DNA of 26,340 nucleotides from a virus (Duplodnaviria > Caudoviricetes). The stretch is taken from IMG/VR virus record IMGVR_UViG_3300025639_000017, positions 1-26,340 of that record. One strand, written 5' to 3'. The first letter of the stretch is position 1; every line of letters starts with the position of its first letter. Below are positions 17,021 through 24,336 of this stretch, piece by piece. A program made the position numbers and the translations under genes. The notes under the pieces are model-generated. The model saw nothing but the letters and a program-made list of their open reading frames with translations. It did not search any database and was not told the DNA's origin.

Positions 17021-17209
17021 AAGTCGCCATTCATCAAGCAGGGGCGACAACCACTGCATGTGTTGGACGTGTCGTGTCCGAACGAAATAGCGACCTTTTA
17101 AAGAGGGACGAACTCATGGCCTTATTGAGCTAGGCGAGGGCTACCACGTATCGTGTGGGGGTCGAAAACTTAGGCTTGGACAGTTGTCGTACTGTAAGAC
17201 GAGCCTTTG
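17021..17209 (-). ncRNA. Putative structured RNA/capsid mRNA leader
   Basis: No credible ORF; at least six stems can be paired by eye; recurrent ACGA(C/U)A hairpin loops and UCGU segments; bracketed by palindrome copies 2 and 3. Confidence 0.6.
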
Positions 17210-17215
17210 CGTATA

Positions 17216-17232
17216 TATTAGCACAGCTTATA
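17216..17232. promoter_or_regulatory. 17-bp palindrome copy 3 (TATTAGCACAGCTTATA)
   Basis: Two mismatches to copy 1. On the minus strand it contains TGcTAATAT (extended -10-like), which would place a start near 17209. Confidence 0.6.
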
Positions 17233-17255
17233 TCTTAAGGGAAACGATGACCCCA

Positions 17256-17513
17256 CTAGAACAGGTCATCAATCACCGCTGGCGTGTACTCACCGAGGTA
17301 CGCACTCTCGATGTTGTACTCCATAAACTCCTTCGCTTCTCCATACCCCATACCCCGTTCTGCGAGGCATTCGAGAATCTTTTGGGCCGAGTAGGCAACC
17401 CTAGGGTTGCCACTCATGCACAAATTAACGCCAATAATGGCCTCATCCAAACCATCGAAAAACACCAGTTCGGGATGGTCCTCGACGTAGGCAGCCGTAA
17501 TTGCCTCGCGCAT
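17256..17513 (-). CDS. Conserved hypothetical phage protein (85 aa)
   Basis: DGLDEAIIG...VAY...GM...EA.EF.EYNI..AYLGEYTP pattern, recalled as common in aquatic phages; its start overlaps the scaffold stop codon. Confidence 0.8.
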   Translation of the reverse strand: MREAITAAYVEDHPELVFFDGLDEAIIGVNLCMSGNPRVAYSAQKILECLAERGMGYGEAKEFMEYNIESAYLGEYTPAVIDDLF

Positions 17514-18526
17514 TAGCCGAAATCACCGCGTAAACGCTTCATTTGGGCTTCAGACAACTTGTCAAAGTCCGTATCAGTCATCATGGTGATGTCGATCGTT
17601 TCTTCAGTTCGTGTTGTTGCACTCTCGCCTGCTAATTTCGCTGGCTGTTTATTAGCGGCTTCCAGTTTCTGCTCAACGTTCGTTGTACGTTTCTTGGCTG
17701 TGGGCTTTTTCGCAACAGTTTTTGGTTGGAGCAATTCCGGCGCATTGGATGCCAAGGTTAAACGAACCGCTTTACGCAGTGCGTCTGCCGATGGCATGCC
17801 TGCATCAGCGTACAACCCCATCAGTTCGTTGGCTTCCTGGATCATCTCCTGATCAGCCTGGTCACTGGATGTGTCCAACACTGGGTACGCAGCGACCATG
17901 TCCGCCACAGCGGTGTCTAAATCCAGCTGCTGTTTGGTGACATTAGTCGTGTTACTGATGTCATTTCGCAGCTCACTGGCCATAGATTCACGTTCAGCTG
18001 TACGAATCTCTTTGCGCACCGCTTTTGCCTTGTCCGTCTCACCGTCCAAGACAGCTTCCATATACTCAGCTTCCTTAGAATCGAAATCGAACTCTGGTTT
18101 TTCTGGTTCCTTGGGCTTAGCGGCCTCTTCCAATTTCGCTAAACGGTCCTCCAGTTGGCGGCGTCGAGCAATCTCTTCATCCATACGGGACTTCGGCACC
18201 ATGTGAGGCTTTTCCTCGGCCTTCTCAGCCTCTACAGAAGCCTCCTCAGCGTCTTCTTCGGCGGCCTCTTCTACGACTTCCTCTTCCTCGAGTTCGTCGC
18301 TCACAGCGGCTTCTGCGTCGCCCTCAGTGGTTTCCTCGGCAACTTCCTCAGTGGTTTCCTCGGCAACTTCCTCAGTGGTTTCCTCAGCGGCTTCCTCAAC
18401 CACAGCCTCTGGATCGTCACCGCGATCAAGGCCCTCCAGGTCGTCTTGTTCGATTGCATCAGCACCTGCAAATTGGTCGTAGTTTTCGTCGTGGTCTAAA
18501 TTTTCTGCTGCATTGGATTTAGGCAT
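17513..18526 (-). CDS. Capsid scaffolding protein (337 aa)
   Basis: Highly acidic N-terminus, VPKSRMDE coiled coil, C-terminal MKRLRGDF; located between portal and capsid; RBS GGAGG. Confidence 0.8.
   Translation of the reverse strand: MPKSNAAENLDHDENYDQFAGADAIEQDDLEGLDRGDDPEAVVEEAAEETTEEVAEETTEEVAEETTEGDAEAAVSDELEEEEVVEEAAEEDAEEASVEAEKAEEKPHMVPKSRMDEEIARRRQLEDRLAKLEEAAKPKEPEKPEFDFDSKEAEYMEAVLDGETDKAKAVRKEIRTAERESMASELRNDISNTTNVTKQQLDLDTAVADMVAAYPVLDTSSDQADQEMIQEANELMGLYADAGMPSADALRKAVRLTLASNAPELLQPKTVAKKPTAKKRTTNVEQKLEAANKQPAKLAGESATTRTEETIDITMMTDTDFDKLSEAQMKRLRGDFG
18322..18393 (-). repeat. 24-bp in-frame tandem repeat x3 (encodes the EVAEETTE repeat)
   Basis: cctcagtggtttcctcggcaactt at 18322 and 18346, with a variant copy at 18370. 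Confidence 0.9.
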
Positions 18527-18549
18527 AGGGCCTCCAGGTTATATTAGTT

Positions 18550-20673
18550 TTAAAGTTCTACTTGCTTGGGCTTTTGAGCCTCTTGTTGTTTCCCACCGAT
18601 CCGCATTATTTCTGCCGCAATCTTAGTGGTTGCTTGGGTATCCGATGCTTGTTGCTTCTGGGTTGCGGACAACTCAGCCAACTGCATACGCACGTCCAAT
18701 TCTTGGCGTTTCAGGTCGATTTGAGCTTGGAGTTCAGCCATTTCCTTGTCAGGCTGCGTCTCTAAGTCGTGTGCCTTGGCTGTATTGAGCATGGCTTGCG
18801 ACTGAAGGTTTGCAGACTCGGCTTGTAGCTTCTGTAGCTCCAACTTCACCTGTTCCATCTGGATCTGTTGTTGCATCTGTGCGGCTTCTTGCTGTTCAGG
18901 TGACTGTTCAACACCGGTCACCATGCGGATACGCTTGGCCAACTCACCCTTACGCTGCAAATGGGAGTACTCGATGATGGCGTCGTCCGGAATCGCGATG
19001 CCCACTTGACGTAGCTGCAAGGCTTCTGCGAACTGAGACTCGTCGAAACTGTCACGCGCTGGCATGGTGGCAATTACCACATCGTATTCGCCCACAGTCA
19101 TGTCGTTGATCACCTCACCTTCCGGTGTCATCTGGTTCAACACGATCTCTTCACGAGGCTTCATCGGGTCTTCATCACGAGTAATCTGGATCACGCGCTC
19201 CTCGGAGTAGAACGACTGCACCAAACAGAGGATATTCTGGGCAACATACATGCGTGTCTTGGCCAGATTGTCCAGTGGCACTTGGATTTGGATCTGACCA
19301 CGGTTTTGCTTGGCCTGAATGGCCACACCTGACACCTCTGGGCTGTCCTGACCGAGCATCGCATCGGATACACCGGAGATCTCTTTGATGTTATTGGCAG
19401 CTTTCATGCCAATGCGATCGAGGCCCGTTGGAATTTGGTTCGGTGAAATCTTCGCAGGGGCGCTTGAACCACGGTTATATTCGAGTACTAGGCCCGTTGC
19501 GGCACCGCGCGCTGCCAAATCGTCCGAAGTCATCCCGTTTAGCGAGCCTGTCTCCACGATCCAACCGCTGTTTGCTGTGGTGTTTACAATGTGCAGTTCT
19601 TGTGAACTGATCTTGTTCAGCTGTTCTTGAGGCGAAAGCAAGTTGCGCACCATGCCGAAAGGCTTTCCACGACGGAAATAAGGGAAATACGGGACAATTG
19701 TGAAGTTTTTGTATGGCGACCAGTCGTCGTGCAGCACAACATTGTCCGCTGTGATGGTCCAACGGACCTTTTTGATCAGTTTTTTAAGCATACCGAGGCC
19801 ATATTCCTTGGCGAACAGCTCAGATTGCTCCTCGTCCCAGGATTCAGGCACACGACGCATGTCTTTTGTCTTCGGATCAACGAAATGTGGGGTCATTACC
19901 AGTTTTCGATGCTGTCTTTCGACCACTCGGACGGCTTTCAGGGTGCGTTTATCGTCAAAATCACCCCCGCGTACCTCACTATTCATGGTGTCACCGTAGG
20001 TCACGTCGCGTGCCTCGGCTACATCCATTGAATCACGGCCTAAATGCTCACCATTTTCGGCAATTGTGCGCAGCCGGTCGGCTTTTTCTTGGCCATATTG
20101 CTGCTCAATGTCGTCTAAACTCAACCATTTGGTCTTAATGACCTCATTCCATGTGGTTGGGTCGTAGTCCTTAGCATCAGGGTCAGGCAAAATGTCCAGC
20201 GGGTCTTCCGCCGTGACCTGCACTTCCCCCTCGATGTGGTCATCGAAGTTCATGCGGATGTCAAAATAGCCGCGATCTTGGATTACACCATCAGAAAACA
20301 CCTGACTTTCCAAATAATCGTACTGGTTATTGTCACTAATCTGCATGTACAGTTTGGTGAGCACTGCCGCAACCTCATCTGAGGAGTTACGTCGAGGCTT
20401 GAACTGCGTGTCAGCACGTTTAGAGGCTTGCTCCCCCAGTATGGTGTTAACAGTACTCAAAATGGTGTTGATCGTTAGGTGTGGGCGACCCTCCGAGTCC
20501 AACGCGTCAATGTCAGTTTGGTCCCACTGCTCACCCCGATAGTATCGGTCGCATTTCATTGCGGTTTTTATATAGTCGAGATGACCTGCATCTCGTGCCC
20601 GAACGTACCGAGCCCAGTTTGTTTCTACGATCTTACCTTCTTTAAGGGGGTCGATCTTCGTCTTCTTTGCCAT
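18550..20673 (-). CDS. Portal protein, P22-like (707 aa)
   Basis: YYRGEQW...GRP.LTIN, PQEQLNK, EISGVSDAMLG...SGVAI motifs; Gln-rich C-terminal coiled-coil barrel; follows TerL. Confidence 0.92.
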   Translation of the reverse strand: MAKKTKIDPLKEGKIVETNWARYVRARDAGHLDYIKTAMKCDRYYRGEQWDQTDIDALDSEGRPHLTINTILSTVNTILGEQASKRADTQFKPRRNSSDEVAAVLTKLYMQISDNNQYDYLESQVFSDGVIQDRGYFDIRMNFDDHIEGEVQVTAEDPLDILPDPDAKDYDPTTWNEVIKTKWLSLDDIEQQYGQEKADRLRTIAENGEHLGRDSMDVAEARDVTYGDTMNSEVRGGDFDDKRTLKAVRVVERQHRKLVMTPHFVDPKTKDMRRVPESWDEEQSELFAKEYGLGMLKKLIKKVRWTITADNVVLHDDWSPYKNFTIVPYFPYFRRGKPFGMVRNLLSPQEQLNKISSQELHIVNTTANSGWIVETGSLNGMTSDDLAARGAATGLVLEYNRGSSAPAKISPNQIPTGLDRIGMKAANNIKEISGVSDAMLGQDSPEVSGVAIQAKQNRGQIQIQVPLDNLAKTRMYVAQNILCLVQSFYSEERVIQITRDEDPMKPREEIVLNQMTPEGEVINDMTVGEYDVVIATMPARDSFDESQFAEALQLRQVGIAIPDDAIIEYSHLQRKGELAKRIRMVTGVEQSPEQQEAAQMQQQIQMEQVKLELQKLQAESANLQSQAMLNTAKAHDLETQPDKEMAELQAQIDLKRQELDVRMQLAELSATQKQQASDTQATTKIAAEIMRIGGKQQEAQKPKQVEL

Positions 20674-20675
20674 AG

Positions 20676-22475
20676 CTATGCACTCATCGCTGATTTACGG
20701 TGGTTAGGGGCCAATAACCCGGGAAGTTTGTCTTTCCACGACGGGATGGACTCCTTTTTATCTACAATGGTGCTGAATTCGGACATCATGAGTCCGACCC
20801 ACGCCAAGCCGTCGACTTGGTCATCGTGTACACCGTTCGGGAAACGCAGCATCTCGGCCATGAGCCCTGCATTCCACAATTCAAACTTCGGGAAGAACAC
20901 CATTCCCTGTTGCATCCGGCCTTGGATGGCACGGGCACGAGCTTCTTTGTCTCTGCGCCCTGTTTTTAACTCTTTCACGTACATTTCGTGCAGTTTTCGC
21001 TCTGCAATACGCTTGTGTAGGAACGGACCAAGGGCCATTTCGATGTGACCTCGCTCTATACCAACGATCGATGGGCGATATTCCTCATAAACGTCGAGGA
21101 TTTTCTCCACTAACTCGTAACCGTCCCACTTACCGCGCTCAACGTGCATGACATACATCTTGTCGTCTTGGTCTATGCCCACCACAACGCCCACTGAAAA
21201 GTCATTTCGGTCTGCTTTACCAATCGCAAGGTCCCATGCGCAATACACCCTGAGCTTTTTCTTATCGAGCAGCCCCTCGCGGTAGTACTTGAACATACCC
21301 ATTTTGAAATAATCGCCCTCGTCGGCAACTGGGTTTTGTTGATACAGCGCTGACCAGTCACGGGGACCGACGGCCTTCTGAATCCGCATCAATGCGTCCG
21401 AATCGTACCGTGCAGGGTGCAATGGTTCGTTCTTACGGCGGTATTTTTCATCCTCTTCGGCAATGGCGGGGTATTTGATCACTTCCCATGTGTCACCGCC
21501 CTGCTTCTCCTGTTCTAGGAGCCAGCCTGCGAGGTCATCGTCGTGCCAACGGGTTAGGATCACCAGTACGCCACCGCCCGGTGAGAGGCGTGTATAGGCC
21601 GTTGACGTGTACCAGTCCTTTGCGCCTTGTCGTGACACCGCCGATTCCGCTTCATCGCGGTTTTTTACGGGGTCATCGATGACTAAAATATGGGCACCCT
21701 TACCGGTGATTGCACCGCCTACACCCGCTGCGGTGTAACCACCGCCAACGGACGTTAGCCATTGCTCAGCGGACTGCGATTCAGGGTCAAGTCGCGTTTC
21801 AAACAGTGAGTGGTACTGCGTATCACGCAACAGACCACGCACTTTGCGCGAAAACCCCATGGCCAACGATCCAGAATAGGAACAGGCAATGAATTCGTGA
21901 TTTGGGTAACGCCCAAGGTGCCATGCAGGAAAGGTTTTTGACGCCAATTCGGATTTTCCGTGGCGCGGCGGCATAAACAGCATCAAACGTGGTGACTTTT
22001 TAGCTGCAACGTCGTCCGAAAACTGCTCAAGACGCAAACAAATGTCCTTATGCACCCAGCCTGGGATATATTGCTCGTTGAACCGTTGCACAAAGGGCAA
22101 CAGGTGCCTCCGAGCCAGCTCGCGCTTCGCTAATTCAGCCTTCGCCGCCATCTGAGGGTCAAATTGGCCCTGCTCATCTTTGAAATCGGGCTGCTTACCT
22201 AGGTCTTGCTTTTCCAATGTGTCTCGTTCCGACTGTTTTACGCGTTTTTTGTGCAGCTTCACGTTCATTTCCGCTGCCCGAGCCTTATGTTCGTCTTCTT
22301 TCTCTTTCAAGAACTCCCACTTGCGCTTCGGGTCCTTGATGATGGCCTGGTAGGCACGGCGATCACCGAAATTTTTACACTTCTGGCAGACCGTTTGAGC
22401 ATTTTCGTTGCTGAACAGCGTCAATGGCCGTTCCTCATTACAAAATGAGCATTTTTTCGTGTCTTTAACCGCCAT
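20676..22475 (-). CDS. terL: Terminase large subunit (599 aa)
   Basis: Walker A MPPRHGKS, Walker B ILVIDD, TRWHDDDL, nuclease motifs AWDLA and HDDQVD. Likely start is ATG 22475 with RBS GGAGGT (22481-22486). Confidence 0.95.
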   Translation of the reverse strand: MAVKDTKKCSFCNEERPLTLFSNENAQTVCQKCKNFGDRRAYQAIIKDPKRKWEFLKEKEDEHKARAAEMNVKLHKKRVKQSERDTLEKQDLGKQPDFKDEQGQFDPQMAAKAELAKRELARRHLLPFVQRFNEQYIPGWVHKDICLRLEQFSDDVAAKKSPRLMLFMPPRHGKSELASKTFPAWHLGRYPNHEFIACSYSGSLAMGFSRKVRGLLRDTQYHSLFETRLDPESQSAEQWLTSVGGGYTAAGVGGAITGKGAHILVIDDPVKNRDEAESAVSRQGAKDWYTSTAYTRLSPGGGVLVILTRWHDDDLAGWLLEQEKQGGDTWEVIKYPAIAEEDEKYRRKNEPLHPARYDSDALMRIQKAVGPRDWSALYQQNPVADEGDYFKMGMFKYYREGLLDKKKLRVYCAWDLAIGKADRNDFSVGVVVGIDQDDKMYVMHVERGKWDGYELVEKILDVYEEYRPSIVGIERGHIEMALGPFLHKRIAERKLHEMYVKELKTGRRDKEARARAIQGRMQQGMVFFPKFELWNAGLMAEMLRFPNGVHDDQVDGLAWVGLMMSEFSTIVDKKESIPSWKDKLPGLLAPNHRKSAMSA

Positions 22476-22968
22476 CAGTGACCTCCACTTCCGTAAACTC
22501 GCCATCGACCGTTGCACCAGGATCAAAGTGCGTGTTGCCTAGCCCAGCTAATTTGAGCAGGTCCGCGTCGGTCGCTGCTTCAATGTGCCGTTCGGAGTTG
22601 ATATTCACACTCACGGTCTGGATCTTTTGTGGCTCGTAGAGGCCATGCATCTTGGCAATCTCTCGCAGTGCAGCGACCTCTTCCGTCGAGGTGCCACTCT
22701 TTCGATGTGCCTCAAAGAACAGTTTCGTGATACTCCCACGCGTCACTGCAACCTCTTCAAACTCCATGTTCCTGAAATGGGTCAATGTGCGTTGGATTAC
22801 AGGACTCTTTAGCAGCTGTGCGCCACGGTATTTGTCGAGTCCTGCATTGCTCGCTGCCTCTTGCGATGAATAACCGAGCAAATAGAAGCGCACAAACTGC
22901 TCTTGCTGCCGGGTTAGCCTCGGTAGCACCTCTACTTCTTTTTCAAAAGCGTCTTCTGCTAGTTCCAT
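22465..22968 (-). CDS. terS: Terminase small subunit (167 aa)
   Basis: LTRQQEQFVRFYL...EAASNAG HTH pattern, ALREIAKMHGLY; overlaps the TerL start. Confidence 0.85.
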   Translation of the reverse strand: MELAEDAFEKEVEVLPRLTRQQEQFVRFYLLGYSSQEAASNAGLDKYRGAQLLKSPVIQRTLTHFRNMEFEEVAVTRGSITKLFFEAHRKSGTSTEEVAALREIAKMHGLYEPQKIQTVSVNINSERHIEAATDADLLKLAGLGNTHFDPGATVDGEFTEVEVTDGG

Positions 22969-22978
22969 AATGTTGGCC

Positions 22979-22995
22979 TATAAGCACTGCTTATA
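22979..22995. promoter_or_regulatory. 17-bp palindrome copy 4 (TATAAGCACTGCTTATA)
   Basis: Identical to copy 1; fills most of the 29-bp gap between the HNH gene and terS. Confidence 0.7.
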
Positions 22996-22997
22996 TT

Positions 22998-23411
22998 TTA
23001 TTTCGGTCTAACGCCGAATTTGTGTTGAAACAACTGCCATGCGAAAAACTCTACGTCCTCATCTCTGGCAACATTTTTACAATAGTTGTACATCGCACAC
23101 ACCACCCGTGTGTTATTGGGTGTATACCCTTGTGCGTTGTCAATACGATCCAAACTTAAACTGTATGGGTGCTTTGTGTACCGCTCGTCCTTTGTGTAGT
23201 CAAATGGTATCCCCGTCATTGCACAACGCCCATCTTGCTTTGCAATCTCCCCCACTATCCAATCGAGTGTGATGGTGAACTCCAGTCCTTTTAACTTTGC
23301 GCGCCGTTTCGCTGTCTGGAAAATCTGTTTTGGCCTGCCATCTTCGCTGTAGTAACGGCGTTGTTGGCTCCGATTTTTCTGGTCGCGTCTCTTCTGTGAG
23401 TCTTGCAACAA
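22998..23411 (-). CDS. HNH/His-Me finger endonuclease-like protein (137 aa)
   Basis: AKRRAK..GLEFTIT, GRCAMTG, SLDRIDNAQGYTPNN.RVVC..YN..KN motif; TTG start, exact start uncertain. Confidence 0.85.
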   Translation of the reverse strand: MLQDSQKRRDQKNRSQQRRYYSEDGRPKQIFQTAKRRAKLKGLEFTITLDWIVGEIAKQDGRCAMTGIPFDYTKDERYTKHPYSLSLDRIDNAQGYTPNNTRVVCAMYNYCKNVARDEDVEFFAWQLFQHKFGVRPK

Positions 23412-23424
23412 TAACCCTACTATA

Positions 23425-23441
23425 TATTAGCTGTGCTTATA
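23425..23441. promoter_or_regulatory. 17-bp palindrome copy 5 (TATTAGCTGTGCTTATA)
   Basis: Variant at the head of the late region; overlaps a minus-strand TGaTACTAT extended -10-like element. Confidence 0.6.
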
Positions 23442-23680
23442 GTATCACGTATAGAAAATTTAGAAAAATTATTTGTAAAATAATACTCCATGATCCCGGC
23501 TCGCTGGGTTTGGGACTCCTTCCGTGGAGCCCACCCCTTCCCCGATTCCGGATATGGAACCTTGTTTTCGGTTTTTACCCCAAGGGACCCCTATCCCTTT
23601 TCTCCTTTCGTTTCTCGCTACGCTCGCCCCGATCGTCTTCTCCTAATGTCATTTTCGACATTACTTTAGGAGATTACCCC

Positions 23681-23923
23681 ATGAAGACTTTACTTACTGC
23701 CTTGTTTGTTTCAACCACTCGCTTTGTTGTTCTTGTCATGTTCACGCTGGCCTTGATGTACGTGACGTTTATGTTCTTCGGTTTACTTGGTGGCATCTTG
23801 ATGTTGCTCGCTGTGCTGTTGCTTGAGCGTGTAGCGCATTGGTGGCGTGTACTGCGCGCAGTCGCTGTATTTGCACCCAGTGCGGCTACCATCTTACGTG
23901 CCTTTAAAGGAGCAAAGTCATGA
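23681..23923 (+). CDS. Small membrane protein (80 aa), first early gene
   Basis: RBS AGGAG at 23668-23672, ATG 23681 (MKTLLTALFVS...); long hydrophobic segments. Confidence 0.75.
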   Translation: MKTLLTALFVSTTRFVVLVMFTLALMYVTFMFFGLLGGILMLLAVLLLERVAHWWRVLRAVAVFAPSAATILRAFKGAKS

Positions 23924-24102
23924 ACAAATACATCCAACTGGGTTTCTCCATTGTGGCTAGCCTCTGTGGCATAGCCTTTGTCACTGCGCTCATCGTTTCA
24001 CCTGAGTTCCTAGGCATGGCGGTGGCGGTGTCGTTCGCCGTGCCGCCGGTCGCATGGGTCACGTACCGTCTCTACACCCTGTTCACCGGAGGTGAGTCAT
24101 GA
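23920..24102 (+). CDS. Small membrane protein (60 aa)
   Basis: RBS AGGAG, ATGA overlap, two hydrophobic helices. Confidence 0.8.
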   Translation: MNKYIQLGFSIVASLCGIAFVTALIVSPEFLGMAVAVSFAVPPVAWVTYRLYTLFTGGES

Positions 24103-24236
24103 GCAAGCTATTCGTTATCGCACTGTGCACGGTGTTCACTGCCGTGCTGGCGACGATCGATGGGCGTAGTGCAACGCTGTACGCCTGCTTCTGCATTGGC
24201 TGCTACATCTGCCTTGAGCAGATCACAGAGCAGTAA
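24099..24236 (+). CDS. Small Cys-rich membrane protein (45 aa)
   Basis: Not in the ORF track. RBS GGAGGT, ATGA overlap; MSKLFVIALCTVFTAVLATIDGRSATLYACFCIGCYICLEQITEQ. Confidence 0.7.
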   Translation: MSKLFVIALCTVFTAVLATIDGRSATLYACFCIGCYICLEQITEQ

Positions 24237-24255
24237 CCATGCACCGTAATAGACC

Positions 24256-24304
24256 AAGGGACAGCGCTCAACGTGCGTAGCACGTTGAGCGTTCGTCCTT
24301 TTCT
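24256..24304 (+). promoter_or_regulatory. Long hairpin (terminator, processing site or hairpin promoter)
   Basis: Perfect 12-bp stem 24265-24276/24280-24291 with a GTA loop, extended by GGAC/GTCC and followed by a T-rich tract. Confidence 0.55.
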
Positions 24305-24336
24305 TGTGTCATTCAACGCACAAGGAGGCAAATGAC

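Noticed and set aside
17021-17209. tRNA, tmRNA or self-splicing intron
   Set aside because: No cloverleaf with a T-loop and CCA, no tag reading frame, and the flanking genes are complete and uninterrupted.
545-22970. Numerous plus-strand and alternate-frame ORFs inside the structural genes
   Set aside because: They are antisense or frame shadows of long, well-supported minus-strand genes and have no recognisable motifs.
23297-23680. N-terminal extension of the 208-aa plus-strand ORF
   Set aside because: It overlaps the HNH gene and regulatory DNA; the RBS supports a start at 23681.
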